DNA from: Macrostomum lignano
Lineage: Eukaryota
NCBI GenBank assembly: GCA_002269645.1
Contig: NIVC01000730.1
Location: forward strand, 124,001-188,000
Length of the DNA stretch: 64,000 nucleotides
Reading direction: 5' to 3'
Shown: piece by piece, positions 1 to 13,005 of the stretch
How positions within the stretch are numbered: the stretch's first letter is position 1
Layout: each line of letters opens with the position of its first letter
Translations under genes and position numbers: made by a program
The notes under the pieces: generated by a model
What the model was told of the DNA's origin: nothing
What the model saw: only the letters and a program-made list of their open reading frames with translations
Databases searched by the model: none

Positions 1-1656
1 TTTACATGACGCTTCTATGATTGTTTCATGACGCTTCTATGATTGTTTACATGACGCTTCTATGATTGTTTACATGACGCTTCTATGATTGTTTACATGA
101 CGCTTCTATGATTGTTTACATGACGCTTCTATGATTTTTTACATGACGCTTCTATGATTGTTTACATGACGCTACTATGATTTTTACATGACGCTTTTAT
201 GATTTTTTACATGACGCTACTATGATTTTTACATGACGCTACTATGATTTTTACATGACGCTTTTATGATTTTTTACATGACGCTTCTATGATTTTTTAC
301 ATGACGCTTCTATGATTGTTTACATGACGCTTCTATGATTGTTTACATGACGCTTCTATGATTGTTTATATGACGCTTCTTTGATTTTTACATGACGCTT
401 CTATGATTGTTTCATGACGCTTCTATGACTGTTTACATGACGCTTCTATGATTGTTTCATGACGCTTCTACGATTTTTACATGACGCTTCTATGATTGTT
501 TACATGACGCTTCTACGATTTTTGCAGGACGATTCTATGATTTTACATGACGCTTCTATGATTGTTTACATGACGCTTCTATGATTTTTACATGACGCTT
601 TTATGATTTTTACATGACGCTACTATGATTTTTACATGACGCTTCTATGATTGTTTACATGACGCTTTTAGGATTGTTTACATGACGCTTCTATGATTTT
701 TACATGACGCTTCTATGATTGTTTACATGACGCTTCTATGATTGTTTACATGACACTTCTATGATTTTTATATGACGCTTCTACGATTGTTTCATGACGC
801 TTCTATGACTGTTTACATGACGCTTCTATGATTGTTTATATGACGCTTCTATCATTTTTACATAACGCTTCTATGATTATTACCTGAAGCTTCTACGATT
901 TTTACATGACGCTTCTATGATTTTTTACATGACGCTTTTATGATTTTTTACATGACGCTTCTACGAGTTTTTGCAGGACGATTCTATGATTTTACATGAC
1001 GCTTCTATGATTTTATATGACGCTTCTATGATTTTTACATGACGTTTCTATGATTTTTTACATGACGCTTCTATGATTGTTTCATAACGCTTCTATGATT
1101 GTTTACATGACGCTTCTATGATTGTTTACATGACGCTTCTATGATTGTTTACATGACGCTTCTATGATTGTTTCATGACGCTTCTATGATTGTTTACATG
1201 ACGCTTCTATGATTGTTTACATGACGCTTCTATGATTGTTTACATGACGCTTCTATGATTGTTTACATGACGCTTCTATGATTGTTTACATGACGCTTCT
1301 ATGATTTTTACATGACGCTACTATGATTTTTACATGAGGCTTTTATGATTTTTTACATGACGCTACTATGATTTTTACATGACGCTACTATGATTTTTAC
1401 ATGACGCTTCTATGATTTTTTACATGACGCTTCTATGATTTTTTACATGACGCTTCTATGATTGTTTACATGACGCTTCTTTGATTGTTTACATGACGCG
1501 TCTAGGATTGTTTACATGACGCTTCTATGATTTTTACATGACGCTTCTATGATTGTTTCATGACGCTTCTATGACTGTTTCATGACGCTTCTATGATTTT
1601 TACATGACGCTTCTATGATTTTTTGCATGACGATTCTATGATTTTTTACATGACGC
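1..1656 (+). repeat. Tandem satellite, 22-24-bp unit (consensus TTTACATGACGCTTCTATGATTG), roughly 70 copies, runs off the window start
   Basis: Directly visible tandem units with length variation in the T-run; abrupt inner boundary at ~1656. Confidence 0.98.
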
Positions 1657-1705
1657 CTTTAGTCCTTTATTATTTTTTTAATAAAAGCTTTTAATAAAAA
1701 AATTT

Positions 1706-1768
1706 TCGCTACTAAGATTCGAACCCAGGTCGCTGCATTAGCAGTCCAGTCTGTTCACATCTAGGCTA
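1706..1768 (-). ncRNA. tRNA-derived element (SINE head or tRNA pseudogene)
   Basis: Minus strand reads TAGCCTAGATG (A box, TRGYNNANNNG) ... GACTGCTAATGCAGCGACCTGGGTTCGAATC (B box GGTTCGAATC); acceptor stem not intact. Confidence 0.6.
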
Positions 1769-2142
1769 GATCTTATCGAATTTGTAATTGAAATTGTAGC
1801 ACTCATATAATTCAACACTCACTCACGAAGCAGTTATGACATAATCAATTTCCCAGGCAAGTCAGCATCAGTCTCAAATAAAGTTGAGAATATGGTTACG
1901 CAATCTAAATCAAGTCTGGTGCTACGCTTCCACACTGCATTTTCAATACTGTGACGCAATTCAAGTTGGAGTTACAATTCAGTTATGATGCAATCTATTT
2001 CAGAATCAGATTCAACCAGTCAGTTTTTCTCTTAGCATTCTTACAATGCATTTCAAGTCGAAAAGTTTGCTTGACCTTTGCAAAAAAGCATGTTTTTTGA
2101 ATATTTAATGCCTTTAGCATCGAGCAATTTCTTAGCCACGAT

Positions 2143-5100
2143 CAGTGTGACCACAGCGCATTTTGAAAATAATTGAGCAGGACAAATTTTTTTGAGCAGC
2201 AACATCAGGCACTGTTATTTTTGGAAAAAACGCTTTTTGTAAAATAATTAACAAACATAAAACAAAAAATGTGCATTTTCAGTCACAAAAACCTTTAAAA
2301 AAACTTTTTTTAGATCCAGTGATATTTTATTTTTAACTCAGACAGCGGCCCTGTGACACTGACACGATTTTTATTTATTTCTAAATTCCAGACTTCCAAC
2401 TTTACTGCGCCGGTTTCAAATCATATTCAAATCAAATCATTCAGTCTCAAATCATATCTCAAATCATGTCTTAACTCAAACTCAACTCAAACGAGTAATA
2501 TAGACGCTAAGTTTTTACTCGTATTATCGTCCACTCGTCCAGCGATTCACTTCTTTTTCTTTTCAGCTGGCGCTTTTTTAGCTTGGCTGCTTTGGCGCTT
2601 GCGCAGTTGCTGATCTCGTTGATCCGCCTTTTGGAGCATTTCCTGTGCCGCTTTTCTCATTTCGTCGATGAACTTTTGCTCAGCAGCTTCGTCGCTTTGT
2701 TTTTTCGTCTTTTCCTGCTCATTGGCCTTCTGACGCTGCATGTTTAGCTGTTTCTGAAGGCGGTTCATTGCTTCTTCACGCTCCTTTGCCTTAGCACGTG
2801 CTTCGGCGTTTGCACGGGCATCGAAGCTGAGGACCAACAGCGAGCGGTCAATGCAAAAATCGGATGGCTCTTTTCCGAAGGCCTTTAGCCAGGACTTGAT
2901 GGACAAAAGGCAGTCCAGTGTATAATCGGCCAGCTGGTTTCGCTGCTTCGTGAGATTGTTGGCAATCCATTTGATGACCCGCTCACTGTCGGCGTTTCCA
3001 TGCGGTAGGCTGCACGCAGCACGACCAAGCCGGGCCAGCAGTGGAAATTCCTCACACGGCAATGCGGCCCAGAACTTCTCCGGTTCTTTGATTCTAGCGA
3101 GCTCCTCAATCGAAGCGACACGCAACTTAATGACCTCCAGTCGCAGGTCGTCTAGACGAGCCGGTTCAATTACATTTGGAATAGCCTTAGCAGTCACGAT
3201 GACCGTCTCTTCCAAATTTAATTGGTGATCGAGCAGCTGGTTTGGGTCAACAAAGCGCAAGCCTCGTAGAAGTTTGCTTTCCAACGGCAGGTAGGCAAAG
3301 AAGCGACTGGTGAGCTCAACATAAAAGTCTCGCACTGCCTTAAAAAACCCCACTCGATCTATCTTGGGCAGGCGGCCAATAGTGGTCCTAGTGTTGGCTC
3401 CTATTATCACGTCAGCGTTGACTAGCTGGTTAGAGCGATCCTTTGCAGCAGTGAAGAGATCAGAAAGTGATGTTGCGGCCTCCACCACGTCAGGACGAAC
3501 AAATCCGAGCAGCATGTCACTACAAAGCTGGTCAAGAGCGGCTGATAGCAGGTGGATTTGCGTAGCTTCACGCTGAAACAACTTCTGGACCTTTTCACAG
3601 TGCGGCAACGTCTGCTCCAAAAACTGTAGTCGTGCAAGTGTTCGGTCGTGAAGAGCATTTTTGATTCGATCTGCAGTGGGCTTCATCTTACAAGCCGAGG
3701 TCACTGGCTTGCTGAAGTACTCCTTGAGTGCATCCCACTGCTCTAGCACACGCCTGACAACTGCTAGCACCTGCAGCCACCGAGTTTCCACTCGCCTAAG
3801 AAAGACGTGCTGGGACAGCTCCATTGAATCCTGAAGCTGGATGTGAAAATAGTATGGATGTACTACTGTGGATGTCTGTTTTTTAATACTTTGTGTTAAA
3901 GTATTAGTGTTAATTTTAAGGACTATTATACCTCTTGGAAACTGGCGGCGTCCAGAGTAGCGGAAGAAATTGTAGATGTCGTCCACTAGCGCTTCCACTG
4001 CACAATCGTCGTCAAATGCGCGCACAGCGTACTGTACACTGTTGTGAACATGGTGAAGGCTACAGCCCCCAACGTCAATAAGATGGGGCATGTCGGTACG
4101 CAACTTTGTCACTAGGCCACCGCGGGATCCTAAGTGAAAAAAACACAAGAGTTGATGAGTTAGACTTAAATAAGAACACTGGGGCATTATGGTAATCGCT
4201 GTCACTTACCTCGCATAGCATTGCAATTGTCTGTCATAATGGACGTGACGTTCTCGGTAGGCAAATGGTTGTCCTTGAGCATTTTCAGGACCAATCCTTT
4301 CATGCCATCGGCAGTTGAGTCGACCAGCTCCTCTGTGCCAATGTGCATCAGTAGTACCTTTTTGTGCTCAACTGAGAATACTCGACCTAGCACAACAAGC
4401 CAGGAGCGATCTCCTCGCGTGCCTTCGTCAAGCAGAATTGAGAACGGCGCAGTTCTCAACTCCTCAGTCATAGATTTTTTCGCATGAGGTCCTAATGCCT
4501 CGCGTATGATATACGCTGTTTTCGTTCTGGAGCAGGAGTAATCCTCAGCAATTTTGCTGTCTGAGAAAGCAACAGGAAGTACCTTGGCCAGCACATCCAT
4601 GAAGCGAAAGGAAACATCCTTCTTGACGATTGTAGTGCACAACCGAAGGCATGCCTGCATCTGCTGATCAGCAGCTTTGTCGCGTTTTGACTCGCCAGCA
4701 TTAGCAAAAAACGAGGTGATTGATTGTTGCTGGTTGCTATTGCCCATTGGGTTTTGCAGATGACCGCTGGCAGCCTTATGCTTCGCCCCATCAGCATGCT
4801 GGCGCAATGCACTTATTCCGTGCAACGAAACTACCACGGTCTTCTGGCACATGTTACAATAACCTTCGTCCAGCTTGTTGCCTTGGGCGTCACAGTTTTG
4901 TCGGCACCATTGGCCAATTTCTAGACCATTACGGTCTTTTTCTCTTAGCCAAGATTCAGAAAACTTAGTTTTCCGTTGATAATCCGAAGCAATACTCATT
5001 GATTGGCTGCAATTTGAAACATATGGTATTAAAACTGCCAACAAAAGCAACAAAAGCCCATGATATATATGTATACTTGACAGAAGCTGAATATAACACA

Positions 5101-5306
5101 CAGCTACTATTTAGCTATTTGCAGATCCACTCAATTTCTAAAAGTAAAAAAGCAAGCTAGAATGTTGATGATAAGCTCAAATTATCCAAAAAAGTTTTTT
5201 GAGCAGATAGTGACATTTATTAGTGTATTTCAAAAATAGTTGCGCAATTGAGCAGAAAAATAAAAATAGTACAAAATACTAAAATAGTGCAGATGTGGTC
5301 ACACTG
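2143..5306 (-). mobile_element. hAT-superfamily DNA transposon, full length
   Basis: TIR CAGTGTGACCACA at 2143 and TGTGGTCACACTG ending 5306; perfect 8-bp TSD GCCACGAT (2135-2142 and 5307-5314); encodes a hAT transposase. Confidence 0.96.
2547..4999 (-). CDS. hAT transposase (spliced; intron 4130-4209)
   Basis: N-terminal zinc finger (C..C...LRQH...KH), DDE motifs SILLDEGT and IMTDNCNAMRG, CSLH (CxxH), ETRW, HGNADSER. GTAAGT donor at 4209 and TTAG acceptor at 4130 join the two track ORFs in frame (MRG/SRGG). Confidence 0.92.
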
Positions 5307-5314
5307 GCCACGAT

Positions 5315-5432
5315 GCATGTACCGTCACGGGAAAATTTCTGATCGAACAGTGCAAGTCTCATGAAAATCGGTCCAGCCATTTTTTCTCTAATCGATTGCG
5401 TACAAACAAGCAAGATTTTCATTTTTAGTATA
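5315..5432 (+). mobile_element. 3' end of a Helitron/Helentron-like non-autonomous element
   Basis: GAAAATCGGTCCAGCCATTTT...ACAAACAAGCAAGATTTTCATTTTTAGTATATAG resembles HINE/Lep1-type 3' ends; the same terminal string recurs at ~26590-26626. Confidence 0.5.
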
Positions 5433-6721
5433 TAGTTAGTATATTATTCACCATTGTTTATTGTCTAGATCATGCTAGGTGCATGCCTAAACAAAAATAT
5501 ATAGTTACAAATGCATGCCAAAAAGATTTAAGTGCAAGTCTACACCCTCTAATCTACTTGAAATATGATTATAAATGATTTTTTTTCCATTTTGCATTAT
5601 CTAAAAGACCTTTTTGGCTGAAAATTTGATTGATTATTTATATTTCTTGCTTATACTATTTATAATAGAAATTTGATATATATATAAACATTTGTTTTAA
5701 CACCTATTACAAGCTTAAAAACTGGAAAGGTTAAAATTTATATTTAAAAATAAACTTTTTAATCTTTTTTCCACTTAATTTTAACTCTGCTATATGATTC
5801 TATGAAATGTACACTAGGTATGTATGCACCCTATTGTTTTAGGCGTGATTGTTCTCACTGAAATTATCCTACTGCTTAGTCATCAGCTGTTGTAGGATAC
5901 TTTCTTTAATAATAATATCCCCACTACTAGCACCAGCAATTGTAGGGCTATTCTCACTCCTATTTTCTGGTTTCCTAAAGCTGCCACCAAAGTGGATGCA
6001 AGGTTGAACTTCTTTCCATTAATTAATGTACTTTTGTATTAATGCACTTACTTATTAGTAGTGTGACTACTTCTCTGTCTACTTCTATATTTATAGCATC
6101 TACTTATCTTATTGGTAGCATTTGTATATTAATTATACTCTTTGGCCTGAGCGGTATAATGGCACTGTCTATTCCTACTATCTCTTAGTCCTAGGCATTC
6201 TTGGGACCAGAGGGTCATAGCCTTATGCAGTTTTCTCTGCCCTGAGGTGATTTCTCTTGCCTTGGGGCAGTTATATACTCCATAGGGTTATTGCCCTAAT
6301 GCAATTCTTGCTCCTTAGCGGTTCTCTAATTTTCCCAATAAGGGGCTTAATACTCTAGAAAATGAATAAGTCAATTTGAACAATAGCTTTTTAAAGATTT
6401 AGTAAGGACTTATATTAAACTTTGCTTGCAATTAGAAGCTTGTGGCAAGTTGCTTCTCTTGGCTCACTTGGGGCTTCTATTTATATCAATATTTCTTGCA
6501 GTTTAAAAAAATACTTATCGTGAGAATATTTCTGCAAATCACATTTAAACAAAGTTTAGTTTTAGCTCAAATTTGAAAAATGGTTTTCTATGAAATATAG
6601 GCCAAATGAGTAAATTTAAAACATTTGTACATATTACAAGTGCCCTTCCTCAACCTGCCTTTCCTAATATTAATTTTTGAACAAAGAAAGTTATAGAATT
6701 TCTGCGTGAAAAAATATACAT

Positions 6722-7298
6722 ATACATGTATATTTTTGAGCCGGGTCAATTGCCTGAATGCCGGCAACCACTTCAAATACGTTCCCAGACATTGTGACCA
6801 GGACGTCCACTGCCGTGTTCATGATGCAGGCAGCTGCCATGGCAAACCTGTGTGTGGACATCGCTGCCGGGTTATCATGGATAGCTTGCACTTGAGTATC
6901 CGCAAGCGTTGCTCTCACCTGCTGCAGTCTGGCAACCAGGAACCTTTGCCAATTGGCGCGGCCAATTCTCAAGCCACTGAAAAAGTAGCCGATGGCAGTC
7001 AGTGTCACCCAAGCAGAGTCTCTGTCAACACCATGGCATATGAAGTGCTGAACAAAGTTGGCCATATAGTCCAACATGAACCTGTTGGACTGCAGCACCG
7101 CAGCAGCACCATTCATTTCTAGGAACTGAAGTGCGGCTGCGAGGAGAGTTTGGACAGCTTGCACTCTCTGTTCACCTGTGACTGCTTGATCCAACATGGG
7201 GACCAACAGCGGGCGACCAAGGTTGACAATGTTCAGTAGGCCTCAGGCCAACTGGGTCCCCCTGGCGCCGGCTCTTACAGCAGCCACAGGGAGGAAGC
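6722..7298 (-). pseudogene. GC-rich coding island of unknown function with one in-frame TGA
   Basis: Track ORFs 7243-7530 and 6691-7206 are in the same frame, separated only by TGA at 7245-7243; the island sits in AT-rich DNA between near-identical 17-bp direct repeats. Confidence 0.45.
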
Positions 7299-8760
7299 CG
7301 TGAGAAAATATACATGTAAAATTGTTACCATAAGTATAACAAATATAATTTTTATCAACCAGAAAAGATGCAACACATAAAAATTGGCTAGAAAAAATGT
7401 ATATACAAGCTAAGCAATGCAAAAATAGATTGTTTTTAGGCAGAAAGGTGCTTATATAAGCAATGCAATAAAAATGGCTAGAAAAAGTGCTGATTAAGGT
7501 ATATAGAATATAGTATAGAATATACAACAAAGATAATTTCTAAGTAAAAAAACATAGAAATACCACTTGTTATTAAGGCATAAAGAAAAACTATAAATAC
7601 TTGGTAATCTAAATATACTAAATCTCTTTTTTTACTGTTAGTGCTTTTAAAAGTTACAATCACGAGGCAGATTGTGGAAAGCTGGCTAGCCTTACTGCAA
7701 AAAGAGCCAGCGGATCTTGATACCTAGAAGCTGGTGCTAGATTGGCTGGCGGGTGGCGTTGATGTTGTTGCAAAGCTTGCCGATGGTGTAGCACAGAAAA
7801 ATGATAGCTTCTTTGCGTGAATAGCAAGCTTGTAGCTGTCTTACCCCTGGCCAAACATAGGCACAATGTGGCAGCGCTTGATCTAGCTGTAGGTGGGCAA
7901 TCTGCAGCAAGTACCTTTGAATACCATGCATGGTTCATTCTAACAGAGCACTGTGCATCGCAATAAAATTGAGTGTGCAGGTTTCTTGGTTGCTAGGTCT
8001 CGCGGGAAGATGTCCTGAATAGCATCTATAAATTTTTTATATTGGTAGGCATGTGAATTCCAAGACAAAATATGAGTAAAACTCAACACTTTACTAGCCA
8101 CAGTAGCTTTTCTATTCCTTCTGCAAAACACAATAGAATTCATTTAACTTAACAAGATTAGACAATAAAGAAAAAGGAGCAAAAAAAGGTAAAGGAGGGA
8201 GGGAGAGATAAGACTATAAAGGAAACACACAGTCATAAACTCACAAACTCACAGTTGTGTGTAGATTAGATCACTCATATGCGACTAGCTAAAGTTGGTT
8301 CTAAGATCAAAAAGCAACAAAGCCCAGCCCCTCTTTCTTACAAATGAAAATCTTCCGCGCATTTTGAAATTCCAGCTCCTCGTTAGGGACAGTGCATTCC
8401 GGAACCTCGGTCTAGCAGCAATCCTGCATGCTCTTTCCTGTCCAATTGACAATGGAAAGCATCTTAGCAGATAGTCATTTCTTCATCATGTGGAGTACCA
8501 TCTTTGTAAGTGTAGTGCAATAGCAGCCACATGGATGCTGTGACTGATAATGATTGTGAAATTTTTTTGAATCAAACAGGTTTTTTTTTATTGTTCTGAA
8601 TAGTTTTTTTGCTATTTAAAATGTAGTAAAATGTAGTATATGACATGCATGCTTAATACAATATTCAATTATACAATACAATATTATTAGAAAATATGAG
8701 TATATTACTTACAAGGCGTGATTAAAGCTCCGAAGAACAGATAAATTGATTATACTGCTC

Positions 8761-9369
8761 CTAGGAGTCAATACGCTCAAAAGCAGTCACACTGTGTTCA
8801 TAGCCCAATCTACCCATTAAAGCAATAAAAGCGTGTTGCAAATCTGCTAGCAAAACAGCAATTCCCCCCAGAAGGGGCAACACTTGTTCCAGCTGCTTGA
8901 TTCGGCAGATTGCGTTGCAGCTTCGGTGAGCATTTAGCATTGACAACAAGGCCACTCTACCAAGTGATTCAGCATCAACACCTTCCCTGGCCAGAAACTG
9001 ACAAATGCTTTTCACCGCAGCAGGACACAGCTAGTCTATCCTAGCGTCACTTTCAGAGTCAGGTCAGGTGTTTTTTTCCTCGTCGTAGCTGCACTGGCCG
9101 CTGTTGCTGCTGATGCCAATTGCAACGTCCGCTGTATCCCCGCAATGGCTGCAGGTGTTGCGGGCATGCACTGAGCGGTTTCCATTTGCCGAACCGTCCA
9201 TGTGGGAGTTGTCAGTGTCACTGGCATCAACGTCTTGGGGGTGGCATTGGAGCTCAAAATGCTTCTTTGCCCCACCAATTAGGACAGTAGTGGTGAGGCG
9301 TTGAATGTCGGCAGTTCTGGCTCCGGCAGGTTGACCTACATGACACCCATTGCTTAATGCTCTTAGCAA
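8761..9369 (-). other. GC-rich coding-like fragments of unknown identity
   Basis: Short ORFs (8761-9015, 9064-9369) with higher GC than their flanks; no recognisable motif. Confidence 0.25.
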
Positions 9370-10466
9370 TTATTGGACCTCGCTCTCTCTGCGTTGCTAT
9401 CCTCAGACATCAGAATGCTCTAAATTATTGAATATGAAATGATAGGAAAGTTAAAAAAACACGATGTTACCTAATGTACAAAATAACATTTTAAATAAAG
9501 TGGAAGATGTCTTGATGAAAAGAGAGCCTCTTTATTTGCAGTTTATTGATGATAAAAGATGTGAGAAATGGGAAATTGTTATAATTATTTTACTCTTACA
9601 ATTTATTTGCAGGCAATCAGTCTCAGCCCCCAGTCTGCCATGACCTGCCCCTCCTGGCTGTCCTGTGAGCGTGCTCGCGCTAGGGCCAACTAGTCTTCTT
9701 CCTTTTTGCCCTCTACGTCTTTATATATTAAATAGGAATACAGTCGAAATGCATGTGATTATAAGCTAATTAATAAAAATTGAGCAGTACTTACTAACAT
9801 GTTTGGTAAGTAGTTTCGCTTGCCTACATTTACTCAAGGAATAGTGTTGAAGATGCCATCGGCACCTTTATTTTTTATTTATCAAGTCTCGGATGAATTT
9901 GATTGTTGGCTCTGTGTCCGTTTCTTCATCAAGCACTACTTATAGAACGATACCGTTGACGATACCGTTAACGATAACGATACCATTTGTTCTCGTACTT
10001 TGCTCGGACAGTGATACTCTCCAAGCTGTACTTATTGGAGATACCATAGCTGATCCAGTTCTCAGTATTAAAATCTTGAAATTCTCCTAAAGAAATTTCA
10101 CTAGCGCCTATTTCTAAAATCTGCTTGTTGCCCAGAAAGAACACCAAAAACCTGAGCTTGTCCATGACAAACACAAAGAGGTATTACAGGAAGATAAATT
10201 AATGTGTTTAGTAATGTGGTGAAGTAGTATGCGAAAGGGGCTATCTAGGACAAAAATTATTGCAGCCTCCATAGTCCACAAACTAATACCTTTATTCTTC
10301 CCAAAGAGATCAGGAAAAAAGGTACCTGCGTACAAAAAAACCTGCCTACATATTCTAAATTCTCTACTTTTTTATTCCAGATCAGTTTGTGAGTTGCATT
10401 CTATGGACATAGTATTCTAGGACAAAATTATAACTGCAAAAATCATTAAGCAATTGTAATTTTTTC

Positions 10467-10950
10467 TCACATTCTCTCAATGATCAATGTCAATACAAAC
10501 TCTTCACCATTGAAATCAACACCCATCCCATCTTCAGTCTCAAACTGTAGCACAATCTCGTGAATCTCCTTATTACTCAATACAACTCTTTTCACTGGAT
10601 TTGGTTTCTCTACCAGCATCTGTCCTCCAGCTACAGAATTAGAGACGTACAAAATTTTCTTTCGCTTTCCCTTAAATACTCAATCAAGACTGAGATTAGT
10701 TCTGATTAGAATATTCAAACCCTTTACAATGTCTGCAATATTAGGTGCTAAGAACAAACCGCTTACACTTTCGCGGGCCATGCTAACGACCCCCGATGAT
10801 TTCAGCACTTGAGTGTCAGCGCTTCCGCGCCGTGGATTCTGCCTTATAAACTTTCTTCTCGAATCCTAATTCTCAATGCCAAGTGTCATCTTTAAACTCA
10901 ACCTCCGCATCTTTGTGAACTTGCATGACCACTCTCATTACAGTATGATC
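10467..10950 (-). pseudogene. Polinton minor capsid (penton)-like gene, disrupted
   Basis: C-terminus EIHEIVLQFETEDGMGVDFNGEEFVLTLII matches the penton consensus (i.ltD..G..vdf.GE.i...L.i); upstream frames give ELGFEKKVY and NIADIVKGLNILIRTNL with stops and frameshifts. Confidence 0.7.
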
Positions 10951-11039
10951 ATAGGCTAGTTTGACAGAGACACATCTAAGTCGCAAGATGACACATCTAA
11001 ATGATTTAATATTTAAATTTTTTCATCATAGAAAAAATT

Positions 11040-11830
11040 GACTTTTCAAACGACTTCAATCCTCACTGGACGCGTAATCAGATTAAGTTTTCTCATCACG
11101 AGTCAATCCCGAGTCACTTCAGATGCATTGTTGTTTGTTCAGCAGGTTCAGGTAAAACATTCAGTCTTTAACATGCTTCTTAGACCTGGCTTTATCGACT
11201 ATGACACTCTGCACATCTACTCTCCCACACTATCAAGATGAGTATAGAATGCTGATTGCAGGGCTTCAAAACAAGCTGAACAAAGAGGACATTATTGCAT
11301 GTTTTAATAACCAACAAAACCTTCCCAGTAACCCAGAAATTGTAGCTGCCGAATATGCAAAGCACCTCAAAGACAATAAAAAATGGCACAACATTAAAGT
11401 GTTCACCTATGGAGATCCGCAGGTTGATCGAAAGACCAAACTTTTACCCCAACCAAATAAGCTAGAAAAGGGGAGAAAGCATTTGATCGTCTTTGATGAT
11501 TGTATGACAAGCCCACAGAAGCAGATAGAAAACTATTTTCAAGAGGATGACATAACAATTGTAATATAATTTACATTGTACAGAACTGGTTCGAGCTCCC
11601 GAACAAAACAATTCGTGGGAACTGCAATCTGATTCTCCTGTTTGGAACCACCCCACAGGACAGGCTAAAAAGCTTTTACAATGAGGTCATTGCGCCTGCC
11701 TATTTTACAAACCCAACAAAAAGCTTAAACTGAAATATTTCACAGGAGGAATTCGTTAATCTTTGCTATGACAAGCCGAATCAACCTTACCAGTTTGTGA
11801 TGATCAGCAAAGAAAATAGAACTGCTATTT
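11040..11830 (+). pseudogene. A32/FtsK-like DNA packaging ATPase, frameshifted
   Basis: Walker A RCIVVCSAGSGKT (GSGKT at 11145-11159), Walker B HLIVFDD, then SRG*HNNCNIIYIVQNWFELP..TIRGNCN (A32 RGRH...Q motif with CGA changed to TGA), spread over several frames. Confidence 0.88.
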
Positions 11831-12714
11831 AAAATTTGCTATCAAAAGATGTCTATTAATTTTGCAGGCGAGTCTTCAGCTGGACATTCTGAGCTGAAGA
11901 CGGTAAAATCGCTTGAAAGCCCTAGAGCGATCAATGCACCAGGCGCAAGTCAATAGTGAAGACATAAGGATGAAAATAGTTCGACAATAAGAAGAGATGG
12001 AAAAACATCTAGAAACTTTCGGATCTGCAATCAGAACTCTAACTAACACCATTATTGCAAACACCCAGAAAACTGCAAATTTTGAAGACGTTATGCTAAG
12101 ATCAAGTACTTTGCATGAGAGGCTAAGTTCGCGACTCACAGCAGCAGAGTCAGATATAACAACTCTTCAGAGACTAAGACCCATGGGGAAAACATAACAA
12201 CACACACTGACTATTTGTATAGGATATACAATGACTGGGGGAAACAAAAGAAAAGACTCAGCCGATTAGACAGACTGCACAATCTGCAGGGACATTGACA
12301 TTAGAGAAGCAAGAGTAGCTGATGGACCATCAGTTCCGTCATCAAAAAAGTCTATAAGGCGTGCAACAGATTTGCGCAACCGGTCATAAAATTTATATAT
12401 TTTTTCGTTAAAAACGGCAGAAAAAGAAAACTCTCTTTATGATCAAGAGCAACCTAGTGCTCCTCCAAGCCAACAACATTCAACAAAAAAAGTATATTAA
12501 AGGTAATTTCTCTTTCTGATATGGGCCTAATTCAAACTGAGTCATCTTAATAAGAAAGTCAAACTTTAAAAGGCTAGCAAAATTATACAAAGCTTTATTT
12601 TTAGAATATAGAGCTACTAAGGCCAAAGGCATAAGCCTAAGGTAGAGTCAATTAAGGGAGACTGCAGATCTGTAGGGGAGTGGAATTGCTAGTTAGGGAG
12701 ACTTTAGTTCAGGC

Positions 12715-13005
12715 TTAAGTATATAAGTTAATAGTTAATAGGCCATAGGCCCTAATATCAATATGTTCTAACTTACCATTACCAAGGCTGACAAGATTTA
12801 TTGTATGTGTTCCAGAAGGATATGTGGTTCTAAAAGCTAAGTGAGCATCACTAACTGGCTGACTAATACCCTGAGAAGAAGTAGCTTGACCTTGAGCTCT
12901 TTCTCCATCAATATCTTGAGTTGTTTTAATAGTAAACATTAAATATGTTAAAACCAAAATAGCTACAAAGCCTGCAATTTCGAAGGAACAAAAAGGAATT
13001 GGCAT
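12715..13005 (-). CDS. Small putative single-pass membrane protein (paralog of 22699-22932)
   Basis: Hydrophobic N-terminus followed by KTTQDID; the paralog has KTTQEID. Confidence 0.45.
   Translation of the reverse strand: MPIPFCSFEIAGFVAILVLTYLMFTIKTTQDIDGERAQGQATSSQGISQPVSDAHLAFRTTYPSGTHTINLVSLGNGKLEHIDIRAYGLLTINLYT

Larger units (their letters stand above)
9890..12200. mobile_element. Decayed Polinton/Maverick (polinton-like virus) segment
   Basis: Divergently oriented minor capsid and A32-type ATPase pseudogenes plus small ORFs; no pPolB, integrase, major capsid or TIR seen. Confidence 0.75.

Noticed and set aside
1-1656. CRISPR-like array
   Set aside because: The units are contiguous with no unique spacers, there are no cas genes, and the context is eukaryotic.
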